From the IMG/VR virus record IMGVR_UViG_3300038317_000068: a stretch of 55,634 bases of DNA, one strand, 5' to 3'. Source of the stretch: a virus. Both the position numbers and the translations under genes were made by a program. The notes beneath the pieces were generated by a model. It searched no databases. It was not told the DNA's origin and saw only the letters and a list, made by a program, of their open reading frames with translations. This document shows, one piece after another, positions 7,498-17,358 of this stretch. Each line of letters opens with the position of its first letter. The stretch's first letter is position 1.

Positions 7498-10044
7498 TTA
7501 AGGTAAATACTTATAAAAGTTCGGGTCTTGCTGTCCGATAGCCCATGTGCCGATTCCTTGTAATTTCCATTCAAATTCGGCTCGGTTCATCCAATAAAAG
7601 TACATATTCATATCACTGTAATAGCATATAGAAGCACCATCTTTATCAACTAAATACAAACCACTTACCCACACACCAATATCATCGGCATGTATGGAAA
7701 TTGCAGTGTCTCCGCTTGCACTAAATTCGGAACTGTGCAAGTAATCCCAGTCCATTGAAATAACCACAGGTTCATTATATCGGTCAAGGTCAGTTCTATA
7801 ATTTATTTCCTCTCCACTTGGTATATAAATACAGTTGTTTACAGAATCATAATTTGCACTTCGATTAATTCTGCCTAACTGTTCCGTCCCTGCTGGGGTT
7901 GTTACCGTTACAGCCTCTCTCAACTGCATCCAGTAACTATCATAGGCTTCAAGTAATGTGCAATACATTGTCGCTGAAGTTGTATATAATCCGAAATTGT
8001 AACTGCTTACACCACTGCAAGTAAATACAGTCGAATCATTATATTGAACATCAAGTGAACCACCCCTACACCTTGCTATAATACTATTTGTTCCAGTCGT
8101 GTCCACACTGGCACTATTTACCTGTCCACCATTCAAGTATAACACAATCTGACCACTTTTTAAAGCAATTCTGGCATTACCAATATTTAATCCAGCTTCA
8201 TTTCCGCTGAATGAAAATGTTGCCTTAACTCGTATATTACTGAAATTGCTGTATTTAATACTTATACTACCGCTACCTCTTAAAGTGCTTCGGTTCATAT
8301 AGGTTCCATCAACTGTCCAGCTACCACTTACATTATAATAAGTGTTAAATAATGCACTATTAAACTGTGTTCCCTGTTCTGGGTCTGGGGCATAACTTCT
8401 AAAATCATCACTCCATACATAGGCATATTCTGGGGGTCTTCTTAATGCTTCAAGTGTCAACTTGTAACCACTTGCCGCCTGTACTGGGTTATTATTTACA
8501 TCGATGAAAGTTGCTGGTTTTACTGTAAAATTAATATCACCACAATCCATCGTATAACTGAATGAACTTGCTACCCTAAATCCATAAAGTTGAGTCCCAT
8601 CTACACTATTTGCACCATTAAAAGTAAAGGTATGAGAGCCAGCACTTAAATTAATTGAACCAACTTTAAACCAGTGCTTTTGTCTTGCCAGTGGATACCA
8701 TTGTGTCGGTTGAGTTGCTGTAAAGTTACTTCCGTCAATATTTACATTTAATGAATTTCTATCCCACCATGGAAAATTCACCCATAAAACAATATCATAA
8801 GTGCCACCAGTTGCAACATTAAATGTCGTACTTGCAACACCTTCATCTTCCATTATAGGATTACCATTTTCATCAACTGCTGGATTTCCTTCTGCATCTT
8901 TCAACTGTACTAGGGGTCTTGCCGCAACAAAGTTTCCGCCCAGTGTAAGAGTACTACTACAATCCCATCCACCGCCATCGGCTGTATTTACTACCTTGTC
9001 CACTACAATATTATTAAAGTTTGTTTTCTGCTGTTGGCTGTATGCTGTAAAAAAGGGTTTATTATTATAAGTGTCAATGTTTAAAGGGTATAAGTTATTT
9101 TTATCGCTTGTCGTGTCGTTGACATTTTGGAAGTCATAAACATCCAATAAAATATATGGGCTTATCTGGTCGTCATCCCAGTAACCAACAAAGGGGATAT
9201 ATGGTTGAGGATTATCTGTTCTTTGTCCTGCATTATAGGCGTCTTCAGTATGGTTGTATTTACCTAACATCCAATATAAAAATGCTAAATAAGTCCCCGA
9301 ATCTTCACCCCTATAGTCGTACTGGTCAGTCGGTTTTTTATATATTTGCCACCTAAATCCATAAGCTGGCAAACCCATAAACACAGTACTCGGGTCGAGT
9401 TGCTGTGTTACATAGGCATAAACTTGTTCAAGCCAATTACGAGGGCTGATAGGGCTGGGGGCACTGCCAGCCCAGCTCATACCATAACTCATAATTGTGC
9501 AACTATCCATCAATGATTTCAAGTTTGCATAATTGCACCATTTTTCAGCACCAACTGTCGTATAAGCGGCGGTCATTGCTGGGAGGTCATAGTGTACTTT
9601 TAACCCCCTACCCCTTACCGTACTGCTTATCCTACTAAATAAAGCCAGCACCAAACTTTCATCGGTTTTACTGCCACCTCTTTCAAGGTCAATATCAATA
9701 CCTGTAATATAGGTATTTTCATTTATTAATCTATTTATTTCATTAATAAAAGTATCCTGTGCACCATTTGTATTATTTTTTAGTGCATTAAAGATACTCG
9801 AATTACCGTCATTCCTTATTGTTAAATACCATCTAATGTTCGGATACTTTGCAATTAAGGTATTTATTTTATTAAGATGATAAGTGTTATTGTCAGCGGT
9901 CATCCCTGCATTTCTTGTAATTGTGCCAGTGCTGTCCACTGTAAAATCGAATATACCTAATTGGTATATTTTATCACCATTTGCATCTATTTCGTCATAC
10001 ATTCTGGTCGTCTTTGCGAATGTCCAACTCATAAATCTTCGCAT
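7498..10044 (-). CDS. Large tail fibre / host-recognition protein with an N-terminal GH18-type glycosidase domain (848 aa)
   Basis: GH18 catalytic signature YITGIDIDLERGG (DxDxE); start by TAATG overlap with the upstream gene; long beta-rich C-terminus. Confidence 0.75.
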   Translation of the reverse strand: MRRFMSWTFAKTTRMYDEIDANGDKIYQLGIFDFTVDSTGTITRNAGMTADNNTYHLNKINTLIAKYPNIRWYLTIRNDGNSSIFNALKNNTNGAQDTFINEINRLINENTYITGIDIDLERGGSKTDESLVLALFSRISSTVRGRGLKVHYDLPAMTAAYTTVGAEKWCNYANLKSLMDSCTIMSYGMSWAGSAPSPISPRNWLEQVYAYVTQQLDPSTVFMGLPAYGFRWQIYKKPTDQYDYRGEDSGTYLAFLYWMLGKYNHTEDAYNAGQRTDNPQPYIPFVGYWDDDQISPYILLDVYDFQNVNDTTSDKNNLYPLNIDTYNNKPFFTAYSQQQKTNFNNIVVDKVVNTADGGGWDCSSTLTLGGNFVAARPLVQLKDAEGNPAVDENGNPIMEDEGVASTTFNVATGGTYDIVLWVNFPWWDRNSLNVNIDGSNFTATQPTQWYPLARQKHWFKVGSINLSAGSHTFTFNGANSVDGTQLYGFRVASSFSYTMDCGDINFTVKPATFIDVNNNPVQAASGYKLTLEALRRPPEYAYVWSDDFRSYAPDPEQGTQFNSALFNTYYNVSGSWTVDGTYMNRSTLRGSGSISIKYSNFSNIRVKATFSFSGNEAGLNIGNARIALKSGQIVLYLNGGQVNSASVDTTGTNSIIARCRGGSLDVQYNDSTVFTCSGVSSYNFGLYTTSATMYCTLLEAYDSYWMQLREAVTVTTPAGTEQLGRINRSANYDSVNNCIYIPSGEEINYRTDLDRYNEPVVISMDWDYLHSSEFSASGDTAISIHADDIGVWVSGLYLVDKDGASICYYSDMNMYFYWMNRAEFEWKLQGIGTWAIGQQDPNFYKYLP

Positions 10045-10631
10045 TACCAATTCACCCCACTTTTGTCCCACTTTGTAACCGTAAATAAGCAAGTGCCTAC
10101 ATCACGATTATTAAAGTTTATTCTATAAATGGCGTCCCCTGCTGGGCACGTCATAGGAGCACCACTATAATTATCATGTGACATTTCTGAACCATTTACC
10201 AGCACATCATGATTCGCTGAATCAATTTCCAATGTATCGCCAGCCTGTAAATTATTACTATAATTGAACTGTTTTGTATTATAATAAGTGGCGATATTAA
10301 TTGCTCCAGTGGTTGCCTTTGTTGCTGTAACCTTAAGGTCAAGTCCTGTGGTTGCTGTCCCTTGGTTCGGTACAATAATAATATTTTGTCCTCTTAATAC
10401 ACCGTTGAAATATTGTGGCGGGTCAATATTTGTTCCATCAGTTCTATGCCTTAATAACATTTCTTGAGTGTTACATATATAACCTGTTAAAATACTGCCA
10501 GCTTGCAACATAAAATCTGATGCTTTAATTGTGCCAGTGCAATCATTTACTTTTAATTTCACAGTTACCTTTTTAACTTTTTTCCCATCAGAGGGAGTTG
10601 CCAGCCCCATATATCTTAAATTTCTATTCAT
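10044..10631 (-). CDS. Tail/baseplate accessory protein (195 aa); paralogous N-terminus with the 66-aa ORF upstream
   Basis: KVKKVTVKLKVNDCTGTIKASDFMLQAGS aligns with KIKKIKLRLVVSDCTGTVKATDIMLQGGS. Confidence 0.65.
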   Translation of the reverse strand: MNRNLRYMGLATPSDGKKVKKVTVKLKVNDCTGTIKASDFMLQAGSILTGYICNTQEMLLRHRTDGTNIDPPQYFNGVLRGQNIIIVPNQGTATTGLDLKVTATKATTGAINIATYYNTKQFNYSNNLQAGDTLEIDSANHDVLVNGSEMSHDNYSGAPMTCPAGDAIYRINFNNRDVGTCLFTVTKWDKSGVNW

Positions 10632-10824
10632 TATCGAAACTCCACTTTATTTCTGAGGGATGCCCTATCCATCGGGTCGCTGTGGAACCGCCTTGTAACA
10701 TAATGTCGGTTGCTTTAACTGTGCCAGTGCAATCAGATACAACCAATCTCAATTTTATTTTCTTTATTTTGGAGCTGGCTTGCTCTGGCTGTACCTTTTT
10801 AGCGAAAGATTCCATATTCATCAC
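10624..10824 (-). CDS. Short tail-module protein (66 aa); truncated paralog of the next gene
   Basis: ORF track; ATGA overlap with the Tal gene; TAG stop inside ATGAATAG overlaps the next start. Confidence 0.5.
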   Translation of the reverse strand: MMNMESFAKKVQPEQASSKIKKIKLRLVVSDCTGTVKATDIMLQGGSTATRWIGHPSEIKWSFDNE

Positions 10825-12212
10825 CCCACTGTTATAAATTGAGTTTCTGTTGTGCCATCTTCATATTCGAAAGTTACTTCAAATCCAACTTTACCATTTG
10901 CACCCTTAATCAAATTATCTATTTCAATTTCTGCACTTACTGTATAGGCGTCTCTGTTTGCTACATCAACGGTCTGGGCAAGGCTTTTTTCTACACCCAT
11001 TTCGCCAGTTGTTACAAAGGCACTGCTTCCGCTTACCCCTGCTGTATTATCAATCGTGAAGCCACTGTTTACCCAGTAATTAAACCCATCGTCGCCCCTG
11101 CTGTTAAATAACAAGTTAAACATTGATATATCTTGCATTGCATTTTCTACTGCATCACTAACACTGGCAATATCTGAAGTACCGTTATCCAGTGCCGAAC
11201 TTAATTGGTCAGCAAGTGTTTTAAGGGCTGTGTCCAGTTGTACTTCGCTATCTTCTGGCTGAAGTACATTTATTGTTCTTGCAACAACTCTCATCTGTTT
11301 GCTTAAGTTTAAATCTTTATCAAATACTGGTATATAGTCACCCAGTGAAGGTATTTCGCCACCTATAAATGAAACCTTTAAAGTGTAATTAATTGCTGGC
11401 TGGCTTATAACATCAAGGTGAGCCGCCATCCATTGTTTCATATAGTTCGGATTTGTAAACCTATTATCATCATGATATAAAGTTTTTAAAACTCTTGGCT
11501 TATTTTGGTTATCATACCAGCTATAATTTTCAAGATAATCAATGCCATTATTTACACTGCTTATCGTGATTCCGTTTGCCCCAGTTAAATAAAGTCTTGT
11601 AATTAAGTTTGTCGTATCAATAGTTCTTTTTATCTCTGAAGTATTCTTTTCATAAGTGCATAAATAATCTGTCTGTTCGCCTACTTCTTCCAATAAGTCA
11701 ACTTTCTTTTCATAAGTTCTAAAATAAAGTTCACCACCATAAAGTGTCGGCACTGCCCTTAATGCTCGCAACCTTGTCATACTTTCCTTGATATTAAAAT
11801 CATGGGGCACAGTGATTTCAACTGTGCCCACACTCCATTCAGTGCCGTCCAATATTGCCGCCATTGCCGCAGTTGGTCCAACACTGTCAAGGGTTATATT
11901 TGAAACAGGTTCGGGGTCATTAAGGTCATACCATGTGGTGTCGCAAGTTATAGCGGTTGTAAACTTATTAGCTTTATCGTCTTCAATTATCCTAATTATG
12001 AAATCCCTATAATTACCCCTATCCTTAATTCGAACTTTTGTTTCATTTGCCACATAACTCCTTTTTAAGTCTTTTGCTGGCATTTTAAATTCCAGTGTTT
12101 CATACCCGTTTGTACTTGTCATCAACTGGTCTTTAATAAGCACATCAAAGGCATTTTGAATAATGGCTTTTGGCTTACCATTATCATCGAGTATAATAGG
12201 ATAATTTTCCAT
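10821..12212 (-). CDS. Tail-associated (Tal-like) baseplate protein, prophage tail endopeptidase-type N-terminus (463 aa)
   Basis: The N-terminus MENYPIILDDNGKPKAIIQNAFDVLIKDQLMTSTNGYETLEFKMPAKD resembles siphovirus Tal proteins; position downstream of Dit. Confidence 0.7.
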   Translation of the reverse strand: MENYPIILDDNGKPKAIIQNAFDVLIKDQLMTSTNGYETLEFKMPAKDLKRSYVANETKVRIKDRGNYRDFIIRIIEDDKANKFTTAITCDTTWYDLNDPEPVSNITLDSVGPTAAMAAILDGTEWSVGTVEITVPHDFNIKESMTRLRALRAVPTLYGGELYFRTYEKKVDLLEEVGEQTDYLCTYEKNTSEIKRTIDTTNLITRLYLTGANGITISSVNNGIDYLENYSWYDNQNKPRVLKTLYHDDNRFTNPNYMKQWMAAHLDVISQPAINYTLKVSFIGGEIPSLGDYIPVFDKDLNLSKQMRVVARTINVLQPEDSEVQLDTALKTLADQLSSALDNGTSDIASVSDAVENAMQDISMFNLLFNSRGDDGFNYWVNSGFTIDNTAGVSGSSAFVTTGEMGVEKSLAQTVDVANRDAYTVSAEIEIDNLIKGANGKVGFEVTFEYEDGTTETQFITVG

Positions 12213-12229
12213 TTAAGCTACCTCCTTAA

Positions 12230-13243
12230 TTATAGTTCACAACCATGAGCAATCGCAGTTAAGTCGATACTTGCTGGGGCTACAGCATAAAATTTTAATC
12301 CAGCCGCCGCAGTACCAAACACATAACCCCTTCCGAAGTCAAGTGTTATCATCCCATTTGCTGGAATTGTAATCTTACCACTTGCCGCACCAGCATTAAT
12401 GATTGATTTTGTTGAACCTTCTCTTACATCAAACTGTATCAGTTCATTCATATTATTAATCAATTCAAGTTTCATAAGGCATATTACATTCGAGCCGCTA
12501 CTAGTCCATATATAATCGCCACTACTTGTAAGGGCTGTCATTTCTTTTGTCTTTGTGATATTCATAGCCCTTTGTCTGCCCCATTTTTCAAGTGATGCCG
12601 AATCTCTACCTAAAAATTCAAGATTAAATCCACTTATTGCCAGTGGAGCGAACATACTGGTCGATGGGGAACTTTGATATGGCGGCGTCCTTGGGTCACT
12701 GTCTGGGTTACAACAAACAGGATGCCAACCAGTGTAATCCTGTATATAAACTTTTCCGAAAGATGTTTCTGTGTTTACTGCCGCCCTTAATGCCGCAAGA
12801 TTTACATTTACTGTCTGCCCACTCATATCAGTTACAACAACCAGCTTTCCATTACTGTCAATGGTAATAGGCACAAGAGTATTATAAGTTACTGATATGC
12901 CTGTGGCATTTGCCGCACTGGTTGTCTTTCCTGCATCTGTGTATAAATGGATTGTTCCAGCCGCACCATCTACATCACCAATATAATATCCAGCAATAGT
13001 AATATCATTCGCATCAATAAGCCTTTCCCTTAAAGTACCATTGTCGTCTTTTGCGTCATGGGTTACATCAATAATCGGCTTATGTGCAACCGTTAAAATA
13101 CCATTTGCATCGGTTGCAAGCCCTGTGTCTGTTATTTGTTTAACCCCCCACAATAGCACATCCTGTATATCTGCACTGTCTTGATATCCAACAACTGGAA
13201 CATTATTAATTGAATAATCTCTTCTTGTTTTAAACTGTGCCAT
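12230..13243 (-). CDS. Baseplate/tail protein of unknown function (337 aa)
   Basis: Start MAQFKTRRDY follows GAAAGGTGG; located between Dit and Tal. Confidence 0.65.
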   Translation of the reverse strand: MAQFKTRRDYSINNVPVVGYQDSADIQDVLLWGVKQITDTGLATDANGILTVAHKPIIDVTHDAKDDNGTLRERLIDANDITIAGYYIGDVDGAAGTIHLYTDAGKTTSAANATGISVTYNTLVPITIDSNGKLVVVTDMSGQTVNVNLAALRAAVNTETSFGKVYIQDYTGWHPVCCNPDSDPRTPPYQSSPSTSMFAPLAISGFNLEFLGRDSASLEKWGRQRAMNITKTKEMTALTSSGDYIWTSSGSNVICLMKLELINNMNELIQFDVREGSTKSIINAGAASGKITIPANGMITLDFGRGYVFGTAAAGLKFYAVAPASIDLTAIAHGCEL

Positions 13244-13245
13244 TA

Positions 13246-14055
13246 TTATAACCACCTTTCTCTAAATTCTATCGTTACATTAGCACCTAATCCAGTATCA
13301 TCCGTTACTGTAATTGTATTGTCACCAACTGCCAGCTTCGGAAAATCACCCTCCCAGTACCTTAAAGCATTATCTTCGTCATAATCCATTGTCATTCCTT
13401 TTGTATCAATTACAACTTCATCACCTGTGTAAATAATACCTATATATTTAATATAGGTATCATTCACCTGTATTTTAACCCCACTTATACTAATCCCATC
13501 GCCAGCATTTACACCACCGATTCCATTTGCTGGGTTCATGCTTGCTGTATCAGTACAATGAAATCGAATTACCATGGGGGCATCCAGCCCCCCATTATTT
13601 GTAATGGTAATCGATTCGGCAGGAGCGAAAATGTGTGAAGTGCTGTTAAGTGTTGCCCCATAAGTGAACGGGTCACTCATAACAAAGGTAAGTTCAACAT
13701 CTGCAACACTTTTATCCATGCCCTTCATTTTACTGTAATCACTTGAAGCGTCAAGTTTTGTAAACCTTATCACAGATGAATCATCATCAAATAAAAATTG
13801 ACGGTCGCCTTGCCTTGGGTCGAGCCAACTTGTAAATGCTCTTAACCTACTAAATAAAGTTCCCATATCTGATTCATCTGCACATACTTTAATTTTTATT
13901 GCATTGTTGCCATAATTAGTTCCATTGTCAACACTGCCGTCTCTACCTACAATATCAATTCGCCTTGTTTTAATTTCGGGGGTTGCACTAATTGTATAAT
14001 CTTCCAGTTTAAGCCCGAAATCTTCAAGGTATTTGTCATCAATTTTAAGGCTCAT
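13246..14055 (-). CDS. Distal tail protein (Dit-like, 269 aa)
   Basis: Position immediately after the tape measure; typical size. Confidence 0.7.
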   Translation of the reverse strand: MSLKIDDKYLEDFGLKLEDYTISATPEIKTRRIDIVGRDGSVDNGTNYGNNAIKIKVCADESDMGTLFSRLRAFTSWLDPRQGDRQFLFDDDSSVIRFTKLDASSDYSKMKGMDKSVADVELTFVMSDPFTYGATLNSTSHIFAPAESITITNNGGLDAPMVIRFHCTDTASMNPANGIGGVNAGDGISISGVKIQVNDTYIKYIGIIYTGDEVVIDTKGMTMDYDEDNALRYWEGDFPKLAVGDNTITVTDDTGLGANVTIEFRERWL

Positions 14056-14069
14056 TATACATACCCCCT

Positions 14070-16703
14070 TTATACATCTCGTTTACCGAGTGCCCTTAAT
14101 ACCTTGCTATTAGTTTTATAAATACTTTGTGAAAGTTTATCAATGTCTTGGTCGTTTCTTACATATACATCGCCCTGTATTGTCAAGCCGCCTATTGTTG
14201 CTCCTGCCAGTGTTTGAGCTGGGATTGCTTCTTTAAGTGCTTTTAATACAATATATTTTAAGTCGTCGAGTGCACCAACAAATTCTGGTCTTTTTTCACC
14301 AACACCAATTATGCTTGGGCTGTTGAAAATACCACCTGTATCATACCAGTTTACACCTAAATGAGGCACGCTTGGAGGTTTGATACTAAATTTGCCGCTT
14401 ATACTAAAATGAGGGAGTGGAATGTGTGGTATCTGAAAATGAAACATATCTGCCAATCTACTCTTAATTCTTGGACCCCAGCTTGAAACTTTGTCAGCAA
14501 TGTCGCCCAGTTTGCCACCAGTTAAATTATTAAGAGCGTTAAAACCAGTTCTCCAAACACCTTTATATCCTTCCCATAGTGCCGCCATTGTACCATGCAA
14601 GCCGCCGCCTTTACTCTGGAAAGTTGATTTCATTCTGTCCCATGTGCTACTTGAATCATTATGAATTCCGCTAAATGTTGTCGATGCTGTTTGCTTCATA
14701 TCACTCCATGTCTGTGAAGTACTTTGCTTAATGTTGTTCCATGTTTCAGAAGTCTTCTTTTTAACTGCATCCCAATTTTCACCTATTACATTTTTAATCT
14801 GCCCAAACTTTTCTTTTGCCGCTGTAAATAAATCACCAAACACATTTTTAAGGAATCCGAAGAGTGCATTTACACCATCTCTGAACCATGCACATTTATT
14901 ATATAATAATACAATAGCCGCAACCAGTCCAGTAATAGCGATAATTATTAGTGTTATAGGATTTAAACTCATTACAAAGTTAAGAGCCGCCTGTGCCGCC
15001 GTCATAATTTTTGTTGCAATCGTTGAAGCCGTCATTGCTATTTTATGAGCAACCAGTTTCGCAGTTACAAGCCCCCATTGAATAGCCTGTTTTCCTAATT
15101 CGATTGTTAATTTACCAACATTTACAAGGGCTGTTCCTGCATTCTTTCCGAAGTTAAGTAAATGGCTTCCACCAGTTTTAATAAAGCCACTCAGTTTCGA
15201 GAAGCCAGTACCTAATCCAGTAACATCATTTTTCAACTTTGTTAAATTTACAGCACCAACAATTTCCTTAAATGTTTTAATGCCACCAGTTATATTCGTA
15301 ACTGATTTCATAAACCTACCAAATATCGAAATAACTGGTCCAACTGCCGCAACTATAAGAGCAAACTTTGCAATCATGTCTTTCTGCTGTGGGCTTAATT
15401 TCTGAATTGCAAGTGCCACCTTACTAATAGCTTCGGATAGCTTGCTCATTATAGGAGCAAGGCTGTCTCCCATTGCAATTCCTGCATTCTTTAACTGTGT
15501 GAGCGATTTTTGCATCTGATTTCCTGGAGTTTCATTCATCTTTTTATAAGCCGAATCAACCCTGTCAATACCGTCGCCCATTTCTTTCATGGATTCTGTA
15601 TAAAGTTTATTACCTTGGTTACTTGTTAAGGTTAAAACTGTGTTTAATCCTTCAACTGAACCAAACATTGTCGCAAACCCAGAAAGTGTTCCATTGTTTG
15701 CCTGTGCAAGAGCGTCAACCTGTTTACCACTTGCCTTATATTGTTCATTTAAGGTTTTATATGCATCAGTGTTTTTCTTGCCCTGCTTTTCAAGTGATTG
15801 CATTGCTGCACCGAGTTTATTATGGTTGTCAACTGCTTTCGCATATTCTGGAGCGGCTTTCTGTAATGCCGCTTTAACATCATTTAATGTTCCCATCCAG
15901 CCCTTTGATTTAATTGTGTTGGCATCAAATTTAATGCCCAGTGCTTGAGCCGCATCCGTTGCTTCCTTGGAAGGCTTAATAATATTACTTATTGCCGCTT
16001 TTAATCCAGTGCTGGCTTCAGATGTTCTAATACCAGCTGCAGTCAATACAGCAAAGGAACTGAATAATTCTTTAGTGCTTACATTTGCCGCCGCAAAGGT
16101 CGGGGCAACATTACCAACTACAGAAGCCAGTTCGCCGAAGGTTGTTTTACCTAAATTCTGAGCAACCATCATTTGATTAGCGATATCGTTTGCCTTGCTT
16201 GCTTCCAAACCATAAGCATTCAATGTCGAAGTAAGTCCATCAACTGCTGTCGCTGTATCAGTAAATCCACCTTTTGCCGCTTTAACTGCAACCGTTAAAT
16301 AATTCATGGCGTCCTTTGTTTGAACACCTGAAGAAAGTACATCATATAAACCTTCGCTCATGTCGTCTGTGCTCATGCCTGTTTTATTACTTAATTCAAT
16401 TACTTGATTTCCTAAATCCTTAATAGGAACCTGTGTCTGGTCGGCAATTGTTGAAACCTTTGTCATGCCTGTCTGAAAATTGCTCCATAGTTTCGTCGCC
16501 GCCACACCTACCCCCACAATGGGCAATGTTAAATGAGTTGTCATTGAACTACCAACATCGCTCAACCTATTACCAATATCTTTAAAGCCGCTGAATTTCG
16601 TTTCGGTCTGCTTAATGCTTTCCTCTGCTCGTTTCATATTTGCCGCAAAGTTATCAATATTCAAGGTAAGTTTTGCCACAATGTTTCCGATTGTAGTTGC
16701 CAT
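14070..16703 (-). CDS. Tail tape measure protein (877 aa)
   Basis: Start MATTIGN follows GGAGGTG; long helical protein with internal TM-like segments (LIVAAVGPVISIF, ITLIIIAITGLVAAIVLLY); canonical position. Confidence 0.9.
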   Translation of the reverse strand: MATTIGNIVAKLTLNIDNFAANMKRAEESIKQTETKFSGFKDIGNRLSDVGSSMTTHLTLPIVGVGVAATKLWSNFQTGMTKVSTIADQTQVPIKDLGNQVIELSNKTGMSTDDMSEGLYDVLSSGVQTKDAMNYLTVAVKAAKGGFTDTATAVDGLTSTLNAYGLEASKANDIANQMMVAQNLGKTTFGELASVVGNVAPTFAAANVSTKELFSSFAVLTAAGIRTSEASTGLKAAISNIIKPSKEATDAAQALGIKFDANTIKSKGWMGTLNDVKAALQKAAPEYAKAVDNHNKLGAAMQSLEKQGKKNTDAYKTLNEQYKASGKQVDALAQANNGTLSGFATMFGSVEGLNTVLTLTSNQGNKLYTESMKEMGDGIDRVDSAYKKMNETPGNQMQKSLTQLKNAGIAMGDSLAPIMSKLSEAISKVALAIQKLSPQQKDMIAKFALIVAAVGPVISIFGRFMKSVTNITGGIKTFKEIVGAVNLTKLKNDVTGLGTGFSKLSGFIKTGGSHLLNFGKNAGTALVNVGKLTIELGKQAIQWGLVTAKLVAHKIAMTASTIATKIMTAAQAALNFVMSLNPITLIIIAITGLVAAIVLLYNKCAWFRDGVNALFGFLKNVFGDLFTAAKEKFGQIKNVIGENWDAVKKKTSETWNNIKQSTSQTWSDMKQTASTTFSGIHNDSSSTWDRMKSTFQSKGGGLHGTMAALWEGYKGVWRTGFNALNNLTGGKLGDIADKVSSWGPRIKSRLADMFHFQIPHIPLPHFSISGKFSIKPPSVPHLGVNWYDTGGIFNSPSIIGVGEKRPEFVGALDDLKYIVLKALKEAIPAQTLAGATIGGLTIQGDVYVRNDQDIDKLSQSIYKTNSKVLRALGKRDV

Positions 16704-16759
16704 AAATCTCACCTCCTATATAAAAATAAAAGGGCTGGTTATTAAGCCAGCCCCCGTCC

Positions 16760-16969
16760 TTATTTCAAGAGTATTTGCAGTCCTTTATTTTCTTTCTCGT
16801 CTTCTTTGAAGTGGGGGGTTTTCTTGTCCTCCAGTTGTGCTATAATATAGGCACATGCTTCATCGAAGCAATATGCTGTATATTCTTCATCTATAGCAAG
16901 AAGTTCGCTGGGTCTTACTTTAAATGTTCTGGCTATCGCTATTGTGTTCAGTATCTCCTTGCTCTGCAC
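16760..16969 (-). CDS. Probable frameshift extension (T-like part) of the tail assembly chaperone
   Basis: No RBS or ATG of its own; overlaps the 3' end of ORF 16920..17342 in the +1 frame. Confidence 0.5.
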   Translation of the reverse strand: MQSKEILNTIAIARTFKVRPSELLAIDEEYTAYCFDEACAYIIAQLEDKKTPHFKEDEKENKGLQILLK

Positions 16970-17342
16970 GAAAGGATTTTAAATCTTTCACACCCCCTTG
17001 AGCATAATAAAATATTTCCATCTTCTGCTCATCTGTTAGGTCTTCACCCACGTCGGAGAATTTTGGTTCAACCATAGCATTTTCACAAACAACATCGATT
17101 ATTCCAGCAAGGTCAGTAATTGTTTTTCCCTTGTCCTTTTCAACCTGTTTGCTTACCTGTTTGCCTTCAAATAATTCAACCGCTACACCCATCAGAGCAT
17201 TCGGAATCATGCCTTTACTTACCAGCCCCATTATGCTCAATCTTCTTAATTTAAAGGTAATTGTTTCCCCCACTTCAAATCCAGTAATTTCAACTTCCTT
17301 AACTGCTTTACTCTTTATATCATTAATACTTGTTACAGCCAT
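16920..17342 (-). CDS. Tail assembly chaperone (G-like, 140 aa)
   Basis: Lies between the major tail protein and the tape measure; acidic; overlaps a downstream ORF. Confidence 0.7.
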   Translation of the reverse strand: MAVTSINDIKSKAVKEVEITGFEVGETITFKLRRLSIMGLVSKGMIPNALMGVAVELFEGKQVSKQVEKDKGKTITDLAGIIDVVCENAMVEPKFSDVGEDLTDEQKMEIFYYAQGGVKDLKSFRAEQGDTEHNSDSQNI

Positions 17343-17358
17343 TTAAAATAATCCCCCT

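Noticed and set aside
16713-16759. Hairpin GGGCTGGCTTAATAACCAGCCC followed by TTTTATTTTT between the tail chaperone and the tape measure, as a terminator or a class II/III-like promoter (GCTTAA-N17-TTTATA)
   Set aside because: A transcription start there would leave almost no leader before the RBS, and the -10 box is poor. As a terminator it would cut off all downstream tail genes. It may be a partial attenuator that tunes expression, but I cannot support either role from sequence alone.
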